A DNA stretch of 64,000 nucleotides from Nitrospinaceae bacterium (GTDB taxonomy: Bacteria > Nitrospinota > Nitrospinia > Nitrospinales > Nitrospinaceae): contig OZ245011.1 of NCBI GenBank assembly GCA_965223665.1, positions 1,376,001-1,440,000 on the forward strand, in the 5' to 3' direction. Made by a program: the position numbers and the translations under genes. This document shows positions 10,001-18,623 of this stretch, piece by piece; position 1 is the first letter of the stretch, and every line of letters starts with the position of its first letter. A model generated the notes under the pieces. The model saw only the letters and a list, made by a program, of their open reading frames with translations, had not been told where the DNA came from and did not search any database.

Positions 10001-10754
10001 CGCTATAAAAAAAATTCAACAACCTAATGACTCTTTTGGTGGAAAACCCCTTGAAGACGAATCTCATTATTATCTCCGAGTAAGTGAACGATTGCGGCAC
10101 AAAGACCGGGCCTCAACTATATGGGACTATGAACATCTGATTTTGGAACAATTCCCCGAAATTTATAAAGTTCGATGTATCAATCATGCGACTTTACAGC
10201 GAAACAAACAAGATCAGATCATTGCAGATAATGGGCTGAAACCCGGTCACGTTTTGATTGTTCCCATTCCCTACTTGAACAAAGATACCGCCATTGATCC
10301 CTGCAGACCTTATACCCACAAAAAATTAATTGTAGCAATTGAAAAGTTTTTAAAGAGCCGCACTTCTCCGTTCGTGAATTTAAAAGTCGCAAATCCAAAA
10401 ATAGAAGCCGTGCAGGTCAAATTTGAGGTTGCTTTCAACGAAAATATCGCAGACATCGCTTTTTATATAAAAACTCTGCAAACCGCTATAAAAAGATACT
10501 TAACCCCATGGGCTTATAGTGAGGGAAAAGAAATTAATTTTGGTGGGAAATGGCATAAATCATCAATCATCAATTTTGTGGAAGAACAACACTATGTCAA
10601 CTTTATAAAAGAATTTCAAATGTTTCATATCGTAGACATTGATGGAAAAAACGCAACTGATGAGCGCCTCGATACAGATTTCGTAGAGGGGACCTCTTTT
10701 CGTTCTATTTTAGTTTCCCATTACGAACACCTCATTACCGAATACAAAGAATAA
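7044..10754 (+). CDS. Baseplate J/gp6-like wedge protein (Afp11), extended form
   Basis: GTSQGDR..L....VDER, EPHYGLWLTFL, NQFTQRHLDYYF..IL, SFGG...E....YY.RVSERLRHKDRA.TIWDYE.LIL..FP. Confidence 0.92.
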   Translation: MPEKCERKNPLVRKGTSQGDRRLEAFHPNYFKVDERSLADLIIFSQRFSKEVRHYDNTGQPNDWLPFFNSDITSVLAGVSQIPVSLFWSVSSSLHKFLESDPQRPKEQLLSHFKLFFLLPTVLFQEIGIFYDKLPNNHPLKLFIENAFKTGLETAIPHWVAYYKGAVKELKPKFKDTPFKRKDHNIDLNNSDSKLEIPSRITERMDEAHPLSSLPFNTSFLSLIPAKDWNTFYKSVKVDSSPYTVNPGKLYEQIRDALNNNLLNDSLKKIYELAQHISQEAAKYFEGSLTNLEDHEPHYGLWLTFLQLFKHNQDHINQFTQRHLDYYFQEILQISKQEAQPNKAHLLFTLNKNKKTHLLNQGTQFKAGKDSEGQDVAYQLDNDFVINKGTIEKLMSITQLKKNKSEALYASSITNSRDGQGQELLKSQPQWKPFGPIQSKPNGRLGFAIADRQLFLREGLRTITLTIRLKDRIRVSSLKNTFKVFLTSEEGWLEITNPEKLDISINRRSLLIIQVTLDGDDPPIIPFNSNLHEGNYSTSWAVARFEINQESNAYSFLQNARIRSTWLKVRTENLRNITAHNIQGPLDTSKPFLPFGSQPEEGAYFIFGNSELFSKPLKEIKFNVDWKEDHNSKDYFLSQTFTRNDFSFEQLKASFWNPLVQWYQYPRNRQRKQAERLDTQTFTIQFPLKSKFETDQPFENPVYSNKSSSGFVKVLLNREFGHKDFNTKKTLALINKANPSQSKNIIPLSMKFLKIRTHIPSKEIKVSKRKIVRIKSLIPQQINYVDGIPLDPYTPEIVSFDLTYSTHASPPDQMFHLYPFGPQSINDEINTELRDRLLPSIRNEGELYIGIKNLNPPEQISMLFQTLDGSSNPLKEEQPIHWHYLKGDVWKNLQDHSVDDKTNNLTSTGIIRIALPEEANTTHNILPSGLHWLRLSVEKNIDALNDLLAIDSQAATVSFKDQNNSLDFLKTPLQAETISKLKISNSAIKKIQQPNDSFGGKPLEDESHYYLRVSERLRHKDRASTIWDYEHLILEQFPEIYKVRCINHATLQRNKQDQIIADNGLKPGHVLIVPIPYLNKDTAIDPCRPYTHKKLIVAIEKFLKSRTSPFVNLKVANPKIEAVQVKFEVAFNENIADIAFYIKTLQTAIKRYLTPWAYSEGKEINFGGKWHKSSIINFVEEQHYVNFIKEFQMFHIVDIDGKNATDERLDTDFVEGTSFRSILVSHYEHLITEYKE

Positions 10755-13427
10755 ATGAAGACCTCTAAAATTTTAGAAAAGCAAAAGCAATTAAAACCAT
10801 CGCAAGATTATTCTTTTTTGCGGCAAGAGGGAATTCAACATTTACAAAATTTATCCGGTAGCATTTGGACCGATCACAATTCACACGATCCAGGTATCAC
10901 AATTCTTGAAATATTATGCTATGCAATCACCGACTTAGGCTATCGAACCGATTTTTTAACTCAGGATTTATTAACCAATAAATCGGGAATGGAACCCGAT
11001 CCCCAGCTAAGCACTTTTTTTCCGGCGCAGGATGTATTAACCAATACACCTTTGACAATAATGGATTACCGTAAAATTTTGTTAAAAATAAAAGGAGTTC
11101 GCAACGCCTGGCTGGTACCACTTGGTGTTCAAGAAGCCTATGAAAATGAAGTTCCAGTTTTTGTTGATACAACTCAAAAATCTCTAAGTTACGAAGAGAA
11201 TAATCACAAAGGAGTTGCCAACGAATCACTGAATTTATCGGGTTTATATAAAGTGCTTTTAGAATTTGAAGTGGATGAAAAAGTCAACTCTCCAAAAATA
11301 ATAAAAAAAGCAAAATGCATCCTCAATGCCCATAGAAATTTGTGTGAAGATTTTTTTCAGATAGAAACTGTCCCCACAGAACCCTTTGGTATTTGCATGG
11401 ACATTGAAGTTAAAAACCAAGCGGATTTAGAAAAAGTTCAAGCCGAAGTATTTTTTGAAATTGAAAAATATTTTAATCCACCAGTGAAATATTACTCCTT
11501 AAAAGAGTTGCTTGAAGAAGGAATGAGCTCCGACGAAATATTTAATGGTCCCTGGTTTGATTATCAATTTGAGTGCGATGGAGAGCTGGTTTTTACCAAA
11601 CCAGGTTTTATCAAATCAAACGATTTACAGGAAAGCGAATTGCGCAAAGAAATATACAGTTCCGACATCATTAACTTATTGATGGACTTAGAAAATGTCG
11701 TATCCATAAAAAATCTTCAGCTCCAACGTTATGACCACGCGGGAAACCCCATAGACATTAGTCACAGATGGAGCATAAATGTCAGCGATCAACATCAGCC
11801 CATTTTTGATGTAAGTCATTCCAAAGTGCTATTTTTTAAAAATGAAATTCCTTTCTTAGCTCAGCCAGAGGAATTTGAAAACACCCTGAATCAATTAAGA
11901 GTCAAAGCTAAAAAGGCTCTTTATATGGATTCTGATCAGACTCTCGAAATTCCGCGCGGAACCTATCGGGATACATCAACTCATTTTTCTATACAACATG
12001 ATTTTCCACAGACTTATCAAATAGGTGAAGAAGGCCTTGGGAAAAATGCCCGTCCAGAGCGAATTATCCAGGCAAGGCAATTGAAAGGATACTTGACATT
12101 TTTCGATCAGATACTGGCGGATTATTTACAACAACTAGGAAACCTTTCCAAATTATTCTCGTTGGATAAAAATATTAATCAAACTTATTTTTCCAGTTTC
12201 CTTACAAAAATTGCTTCTTCAGAAAAGAACTTTGAAGAGGAATATTATTTAGACCCGGCAAAATTGAGCGACCCCAAATTTCGTAATTTACTTACGGAAG
12301 ATGAAGTGATTTTCCAAGATCGCAAAAACAGGTTACTGGATCATTTAATCTCTAGATTTTCTGAACAATTTACAGATTACGTTCTAATGATGCACACCTT
12401 AAAACGCGATACTGTAAAAACCAATTCTCTCATCATTGAAGATAAAATTGAATTTTTAAAAGAATATCCTGTTATTAGCCGTGAACGCAATAAAGCATTT
12501 AATCTTTACCCTCAAAAAGATTCTGGGGTGTGGGATACAGATAATGTATCTGGTCTTGAAAAAAGAATCACGCGACTTACAGGTATTCCTTCATATAATC
12601 GAACCAATCTTTCATGCGAAAATGTTTTTTCCAAAGTTTTTAAAGTTCAAAAATCAGCAAACAAATTTCATGTCACGGTTAAAGATAGAAACAATGAGGT
12701 AATTTTCAAATCTGTTCAAAAATTTAATTCAAAAGAAGATGCGTTAAAAACAATTGATAATTTATCCCAAAGTTTGCACGACGCCAGCAATTTTTCCATC
12801 GCCGAAAAAGAAGGATCCAAAAAGTATATTTTTTCAATAAGCGAAAATGATTCAACTCTGCAAAGCGACAAAACCTACGACTCTCCCTCGGACGCTTTAG
12901 CGGATATTCAAAAAATTGTAAATCAATATGACGATTTTTTGGAAAGCAGTGCATGCGATAAAGAAGGTTTTTATTTATTTGAACATATTCTTTTTCGACC
13001 GAGGAAAAAAGGCGATCCTCTTATGAATATTTTTTTGGATGATGAAAGCGACTCTTGTGGAGATGAAGATCCATACTCATTCCGCATTACAGTAGTTTTA
13101 CCCTATTGGCCAGAAAGATTTCAAAATATGCAATTTCGCCAGTTTTTTGAAAAGACAGTTCGTGAGCAAACTCCTGCACATATTCACGTGAAAATTTGTT
13201 GGATCAGCAATGAGCAAATGGAAACGCTTCAAAGTAACTACCATTTATGGCTACAAACCCATTTTAACAATGAAGCCAATACAGAAAATGGAAAAATCTC
13301 GTTGTATGCACTATTAGAAACGATTGAACAATTAAAAACGATTTATCCCAAGGCAACACTTCATGATTGTATAGACGATGACACTAATCCGGTTAGATTA
13401 GGTAGTACTAACCTTGGGGTTTTTTGA
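10755..13427 (+). CDS. Baseplate wedge protein (Afp12-like)
   Basis: DY..LRQEGI..LQ.LSG.IWTDHN.HDPGITILE.LCYAITDLGYR, HRNLCEDF, EHILFRP, DPYSFRITVVLP, R..TPAHI...ICW. Confidence 0.92.
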   Translation: MKTSKILEKQKQLKPSQDYSFLRQEGIQHLQNLSGSIWTDHNSHDPGITILEILCYAITDLGYRTDFLTQDLLTNKSGMEPDPQLSTFFPAQDVLTNTPLTIMDYRKILLKIKGVRNAWLVPLGVQEAYENEVPVFVDTTQKSLSYEENNHKGVANESLNLSGLYKVLLEFEVDEKVNSPKIIKKAKCILNAHRNLCEDFFQIETVPTEPFGICMDIEVKNQADLEKVQAEVFFEIEKYFNPPVKYYSLKELLEEGMSSDEIFNGPWFDYQFECDGELVFTKPGFIKSNDLQESELRKEIYSSDIINLLMDLENVVSIKNLQLQRYDHAGNPIDISHRWSINVSDQHQPIFDVSHSKVLFFKNEIPFLAQPEEFENTLNQLRVKAKKALYMDSDQTLEIPRGTYRDTSTHFSIQHDFPQTYQIGEEGLGKNARPERIIQARQLKGYLTFFDQILADYLQQLGNLSKLFSLDKNINQTYFSSFLTKIASSEKNFEEEYYLDPAKLSDPKFRNLLTEDEVIFQDRKNRLLDHLISRFSEQFTDYVLMMHTLKRDTVKTNSLIIEDKIEFLKEYPVISRERNKAFNLYPQKDSGVWDTDNVSGLEKRITRLTGIPSYNRTNLSCENVFSKVFKVQKSANKFHVTVKDRNNEVIFKSVQKFNSKEDALKTIDNLSQSLHDASNFSIAEKEGSKKYIFSISENDSTLQSDKTYDSPSDALADIQKIVNQYDDFLESSACDKEGFYLFEHILFRPRKKGDPLMNIFLDDESDSCGDEDPYSFRITVVLPYWPERFQNMQFRQFFEKTVREQTPAHIHVKICWISNEQMETLQSNYHLWLQTHFNNEANTENGKISLYALLETIEQLKTIYPKATLHDCIDDDTNPVRLGSTNLGVF

Positions 13428-13460
13428 ATCTGAAAATATTCCTGTTTGAGGGTTAAAAAA

Positions 13461-16400
13461 ATGCAAAAATTCCATCCGATTTTTGAAAATGGTCAAGTTT
13501 TGACTTCCTTACACCTGAACAATTTAATTGTTTGGCTTAATCAACAAGATCATTCTACAAGAAATAAAACTATCGGTGTCGGAATCGTATGTGGGCTTGA
13601 GGTAGGATTTGATTCAGAAAATAAAGGTGTTCATATATCAAAGGGGGTTGCAATTACCAGCGAAGGACATTTAATCACTCAAGAAGATTGTTTCCTCCCA
13701 AAATTTCGTGAATATTCTTTACCCACCTCGACAGAAATCGAAGGAGTTTTTAATATTTTCTTAAAAGACTCCTTTCTAAACTACCCACCATTTATTGAAG
13801 AAGACTCACAGATCCCTCTTTGGGAATTATTACCCGAAGAATTTGAACCCGGCCCCGGAGAAACCAAACCCAAGCCCATAAACGAGACATTTTTAAAAGA
13901 TAAAGTAATTCTTCTCTTCCTGGAATGTTCATGGGAATCTCTAAAAAATTGCGATTTGAATGATTGCAGCGACAAGGGAGGAAAATCTAATTTTAATATC
14001 CGAAAGTTATTGGTGAATCAAAATGATGCTGAGGAAATCCTGGAGAAAGAGGCAGAAATTGCCGGAAGGCCTGTTGATTTATCTAGCCATCCAAAGTTCG
14101 ACTTGGAATCATTGCAATTAGAAAAACTCAATTTATTCGCCAATGACGTCACCAACTTTGCTGAATTAAAAAACCGCTTTATTGAAATCGGCAACTCTCA
14201 GAGCGAGATCATCTCTTCCGCCTTACAAAAAAGTTACGAAGCCTATTCTTATTTCTTAAGCGACTTATTTCCATTGGAACAGTTTCCGGAAGGACCATTT
14301 GGCTCACCAAATCTATTTAATAACATTTTTGAGACCATCAATAAAAATCCCTTTTCAATTCAGCATCTATATGACTTTCTCAGCGACATTGCCGATTCTC
14401 ATAACGAATTCCTAGAAATTGCTGGGCAATTGGAAACAGAATGCTGTCCGGAGGTGGATAGGTTCCCAAAACACGTATTTTTGGGAATTCCCCAGATTAT
14501 CAATTCTTTAGAAGATCCAGTAAAAAAGAAACTTAATCCTTTAGAAGTGAATTTTGATTTGGGAATTGCAACTAAACCTCAACCCTATAGACATCACTTC
14601 ATCGGCAGTCCAAACTTTGGAAACCAAAAAGATTTAATTAAAAAAGCTCAAACACTTTTTTACCGTACCTGGCTAATGGTTTTCCGGTTCAACACAGATG
14701 ATGTTTTAAAGGAAGATATCCAATTAACCCCAAGCAAATCAGACCCGGCTTCACTTTCTGAAAAGTCCATTCCGTATTATTTTAAATTTAATTCGGAAGA
14801 TGACTTCCATAAAAGCTGGTCTTATGAAAAAACGACTAAAAATCGTTTAAACAAAGTTGCTTCACATAAACTTATTAATTCCTCTGATCACCCGTTAAGA
14901 TTTCAATCTGATTCAGATGATTTTTATCGAGTCGAAGGAATATTAGGAAAAGGTCTAGGTCACTGTTTGGAAGAAATCCTTACGCTCAAAAACACTTTAG
15001 GTTTAAGTTTTGGTGTTGAACCAGTTTTTCTACCATTCCAGGATTTGTCAGATGCTGCAGAAAATAGAGTACTAGAAGTCTCTATGAGAAAAGCGGAAAA
15101 AACATTAACCTCCTTATTTTTATGCAAATTAAAAGATATTGATGTGGCTTTCATGCTTATCATGGGAGTTCTCTTTGACGGCTTGACCAAACTTCTCGAA
15201 ACCATCAAGGAAGTCAAACCAAAAACTTTAGTCGCAACAGAAATAAGCAGAAAACCTGAATTTCATGTTTTCAAACCTATAGCGTTTTCAGCGGTCCCCC
15301 AAACAACAAAACCCATCACCCCTCAACCCAGAGTTGGAAGGGCAACAAATGTTTTTACCGGAGGAACCACAAAAGAAAGTGTCTTAATGTCTAGAAAACT
15401 TTCCAAATGGAATGTCACATCTTATTCCAAAGGGACTTATATAAAAAATATTGCTGGAAAAGGAACTCCCGATTCTTCGGCTGGAAACCTATATGTGAGC
15501 GTAATCAATAAAAAAGGAACTGGAAGCTTCGAAGACAAATTCAAAAAAGTAATTCGGGAAGTGGATTTTGGTGCGGCAAATAAATCTTTGGTCGAAGAGC
15601 GACTGAGAAAAACTCTTGTTTTAATGGACAAAACAGAAGAGCTTATTGAAACAATCCACGTCCCATCAGTTGCAGAGTTTGATTTTGATGAATTTAGAGA
15701 ACGACATGAAAGCTTTAAAATCGCCTTCGAGGAATATCAACTCGAAGATTACCAAAAGGGCCGGAAAGAAGCAGGCAAAGAAAGTGTTTTGGAATCAATT
15801 CAAAGAATAATTGCTGAGGAAACTACTTTTGTTGCGAACACTTCTTCTTCTAACCCCATTAATATTGTCGCAGATGAATTACAAGATAGAATTCGAAATG
15901 TATTAAAAAGTTTCTTTTTATCAAATTATTCTAAAACACATCCTGGAATGGAACATAAATCCGGTGTTCCTAAAGGCGGAACGTTAATACTTTTAGTCAC
16001 ACACAAAGAATTTCTAAACCTAAAAAGCACGGACAAATTTATCACCTTAAAGGAAATCAAAAAAATTAATGAATTCGTTCCCATTGTCTTAGCCAATCGA
16101 AGAATAGCTCTCAAGAACAACCCTAGAATTCCGGAAAAATTAAAAGAAAGAATTAACGAACTAAAAACCTTTGCCGACGCACTTGACGATTTTGTGGTTC
16201 TAGCTGATTTTTGTTTGCCCACCATGTGCTGTGAATCGGATTGCAATGAGCTAAGCTTGGAAGACCCATTTAATCCAGAAGTAAAAAAGCCTATTGAAAA
16301 ACCAAAACCCGAAGAAGAAAGGCCAAAAATTAAAGAAACAAAGGTCACTACAAAAGTGACACATAGACAAGGAAATAAAGATGTTGCATTGGCAAATGCA

Positions 16401-17150
16401 ACTATCCAGGTTTTGCCTGCAAATTCAAATAAAGCATTGCGGACTGGTAAAACCTCAACTAACGGAACTTTTCAATTTACTGCCCCACCTGGTTCTTATG
16501 TTTTAAAAACTTCTTTATCTAATTTTAATCCCATGAATACATCCTTAATTCTTTCTGGAAAGCCTACTCAAAGTGTCTCGATAAAATTAACTCCAAAAAT
16601 TGTAAACACAACCGTCAGCGTTATTGTAAATCAAAAAGTGGGAACAAGATTTTCCCCCATAATAAGAGCACAAGTTGCAGTATTAGTAACCAAAGCAAAT
16701 AGGGTATCAACATTCAAAACAGGGACTACAACAACAGGAGGATTATTTAAATTTGTAGCACCTCCAGGAACCTATAGAGTCCGAGCTTCTGCAACAAACT
16801 TCAACTTAAAAGAAACTTCCATTAAACTCACTGGGAAAACAACACAATCACTCACTATCACACTTGTAGCTAAACCCAAAAATGGAACTCTTACCGGAAC
16901 AGTTACCCGGGGAAGGCCTCCTTTGCGACCTGTCACAAAATTAGCGGGAGCAACAATTGTGGCTGTAAACACTGTCAATCGAGCCAAACAAACCAGGAAA
17001 TCCGCATCCAATGGGAAGTACACCTTTTCTCTTCCGGCAGGAAAATATTCGGTAAGCATTAGTCATCCGACATTGGGAGCACAACCTGCTAAAACAATTG
17101 TCATCAGTTCAAATAAAGTTACAACATTGAATTTTAATTTTCCACGGTGA
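13461..17150 (+). CDS. Afp13-like fibre/crown protein with three C-terminal carboxypeptidase-regulatory-like (beta-sandwich) repeats
   Basis: Conserved CIS N-terminus FENGQVLT..HLNNL...TR.K.IGVGIVCGL; HPGMEHKSGVPKGGT and ADFCLP..CC motifs; three ~85-aa repeats with A.I...G.T...G.F.F..P.G.Y. ATG 13461 preferred over TTG 13446. Confidence 0.7.
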   Translation: MQKFHPIFENGQVLTSLHLNNLIVWLNQQDHSTRNKTIGVGIVCGLEVGFDSENKGVHISKGVAITSEGHLITQEDCFLPKFREYSLPTSTEIEGVFNIFLKDSFLNYPPFIEEDSQIPLWELLPEEFEPGPGETKPKPINETFLKDKVILLFLECSWESLKNCDLNDCSDKGGKSNFNIRKLLVNQNDAEEILEKEAEIAGRPVDLSSHPKFDLESLQLEKLNLFANDVTNFAELKNRFIEIGNSQSEIISSALQKSYEAYSYFLSDLFPLEQFPEGPFGSPNLFNNIFETINKNPFSIQHLYDFLSDIADSHNEFLEIAGQLETECCPEVDRFPKHVFLGIPQIINSLEDPVKKKLNPLEVNFDLGIATKPQPYRHHFIGSPNFGNQKDLIKKAQTLFYRTWLMVFRFNTDDVLKEDIQLTPSKSDPASLSEKSIPYYFKFNSEDDFHKSWSYEKTTKNRLNKVASHKLINSSDHPLRFQSDSDDFYRVEGILGKGLGHCLEEILTLKNTLGLSFGVEPVFLPFQDLSDAAENRVLEVSMRKAEKTLTSLFLCKLKDIDVAFMLIMGVLFDGLTKLLETIKEVKPKTLVATEISRKPEFHVFKPIAFSAVPQTTKPITPQPRVGRATNVFTGGTTKESVLMSRKLSKWNVTSYSKGTYIKNIAGKGTPDSSAGNLYVSVINKKGTGSFEDKFKKVIREVDFGAANKSLVEERLRKTLVLMDKTEELIETIHVPSVAEFDFDEFRERHESFKIAFEEYQLEDYQKGRKEAGKESVLESIQRIIAEETTFVANTSSSNPINIVADELQDRIRNVLKSFFLSNYSKTHPGMEHKSGVPKGGTLILLVTHKEFLNLKSTDKFITLKEIKKINEFVPIVLANRRIALKNNPRIPEKLKERINELKTFADALDDFVVLADFCLPTMCCESDCNELSLEDPFNPEVKKPIEKPKPEEERPKIKETKVTTKVTHRQGNKDVALANATIQVLPANSNKALRTGKTSTNGTFQFTAPPGSYVLKTSLSNFNPMNTSLILSGKPTQSVSIKLTPKIVNTTVSVIVNQKVGTRFSPIIRAQVAVLVTKANRVSTFKTGTTTTGGLFKFVAPPGTYRVRASATNFNLKETSIKLTGKTTQSLTITLVAKPKNGTLTGTVTRGRPPLRPVTKLAGATIVAVNTVNRAKQTRKSASNGKYTFSLPAGKYSVSISHPTLGAQPAKTIVISSNKVTTLNFNFPR

Positions 17151-18595
17151 GGACAAATGATTCAGAAAAATTGACTTTCTACTTAGCGATTATGACAAAA
17201 CCAACTAACCACATAATTAATAAAATATTTTGGAATTGTTACTTCTCTAATGAAGAAGAAGCCTTTGCACAAAGAGGTCAATTGCAAAACCATTTTGAAA
17301 AAATTGTTGTACCTCCTTTAAATAAAGCACTGGATCAATTTGATCAAAAAAACAAAATAATACACATTGATCGTCTGGAATTAAAAATTGATTTCCTCAG
17401 AAAAGATACATCTGAGCATCAATTATATTCAGAAATTTTAAAACATCTTAAAGAATTTCATACCAATCAATTAACTATTACGGACATAGAATCTTTTCAT
17501 GTAGAATCCTATTTAGTGTTTTTGAAAACGGGTCAATGGCATTTTTCAAAATCCTTTGAATCCTTAACCCAACTGGAAGTTTATTTAACCTCAATAAAAT
17601 CTAACGTTAAGGAGAGCCTAATAGACCAACTAAAATCTCTTTTACCTGTAAGTAATATTCAAAAACGATTTATCTACCAACATTCAGATAATTTTTTTTA
17701 TTGGACACTAAACCAACTCTATTCCAATTCCCCCCAAGTGGTTTCAATGGCACTAAAACACGAAATCTTTCAATCATTAGACCAAAGTCAGAAAAAAGAT
17801 ATTTTTCTCCAATCCATTTTAAAATTCCAAGACACAACGGATATTTCTGACATAATTAATTGGTTATCAAAAGAAGCTTATTCTTGCAAAAACTTACTAG
17901 ATGACAAAAAAAATAATGCGATAGATCAAAACCTAATTACTCATTTAAAGAAACCTCAAGACGGACCTTTAGACCAAACAAAAGAAACTAAAGATGAACA
18001 GTTATCCTCAAAGGAGTCAATTGGATTCGAGGGCACCGAACATAAAGAAAAGAAATTTGCTCCAAAAACTGAAAATATTTCTAAGGAATTTAAACAGCAC
18101 ATTGTGGCTAATGCGGGAATTCTGCTGCTTCATCCATTTATACCCCAGTTTTTTGTAAAATGTAATTTGCTGGACTCAAATCAAAAATTTAAAAGTTTAG
18201 ATTCTCAAATCAAGGCTGTTTTTATTCTTCACTTCCTCGCAACGGGTACGGTCAAATTAGAAGAACATCAATCCATAATATATAAATTATTTTCTGAGTT
18301 AGATTTTTCTTTTCCAATTCCTAATACTTTCTCCCTGACTAAGATAGAGAAAGAAGAATGCGAAATATTATTAAAATCGGCAATATCCCATTGGAGTGCT
18401 TTAAAAAACACTTCGCCGGAAGGATTAAGAGAAACTTTCCTTCAGCGAGAAGGAAAATTAGAAAAACTTGAAAAAAGATGGAATTTAATTATTGAACAGA
18501 AAACTCTCGATATATTGTTGTCCAAAATACCATGGGCCATTTCTATCATCAAATTCCCATGGATGAAAAAAACTATTTGGGTTGAATGGGCTTAA
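17147..18595 (+). CDS. CIS tape-measure protein (Afp14-like); start may be ATG 17192
   Basis: N-terminal HIINKI...IHIDRLELKI; C-terminal NAGILLLHPF, LL..AI.HW..LKNTS.EGLRETFLQREGKL, DILL..IPW..S.IK.PWM...I.VEW. Confidence 0.88.
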   Translation: MRTNDSEKLTFYLAIMTKPTNHIINKIFWNCYFSNEEEAFAQRGQLQNHFEKIVVPPLNKALDQFDQKNKIIHIDRLELKIDFLRKDTSEHQLYSEILKHLKEFHTNQLTITDIESFHVESYLVFLKTGQWHFSKSFESLTQLEVYLTSIKSNVKESLIDQLKSLLPVSNIQKRFIYQHSDNFFYWTLNQLYSNSPQVVSMALKHEIFQSLDQSQKKDIFLQSILKFQDTTDISDIINWLSKEAYSCKNLLDDKKNNAIDQNLITHLKKPQDGPLDQTKETKDEQLSSKESIGFEGTEHKEKKFAPKTENISKEFKQHIVANAGILLLHPFIPQFFVKCNLLDSNQKFKSLDSQIKAVFILHFLATGTVKLEEHQSIIYKLFSELDFSFPIPNTFSLTKIEKEECEILLKSAISHWSALKNTSPEGLRETFLQREGKLEKLEKRWNLIIEQKTLDILLSKIPWAISIIKFPWMKKTIWVEWA

Positions 18596-18623
18596 TCTTC
18601 ATTCATTGCTTGAGAGTCATACT

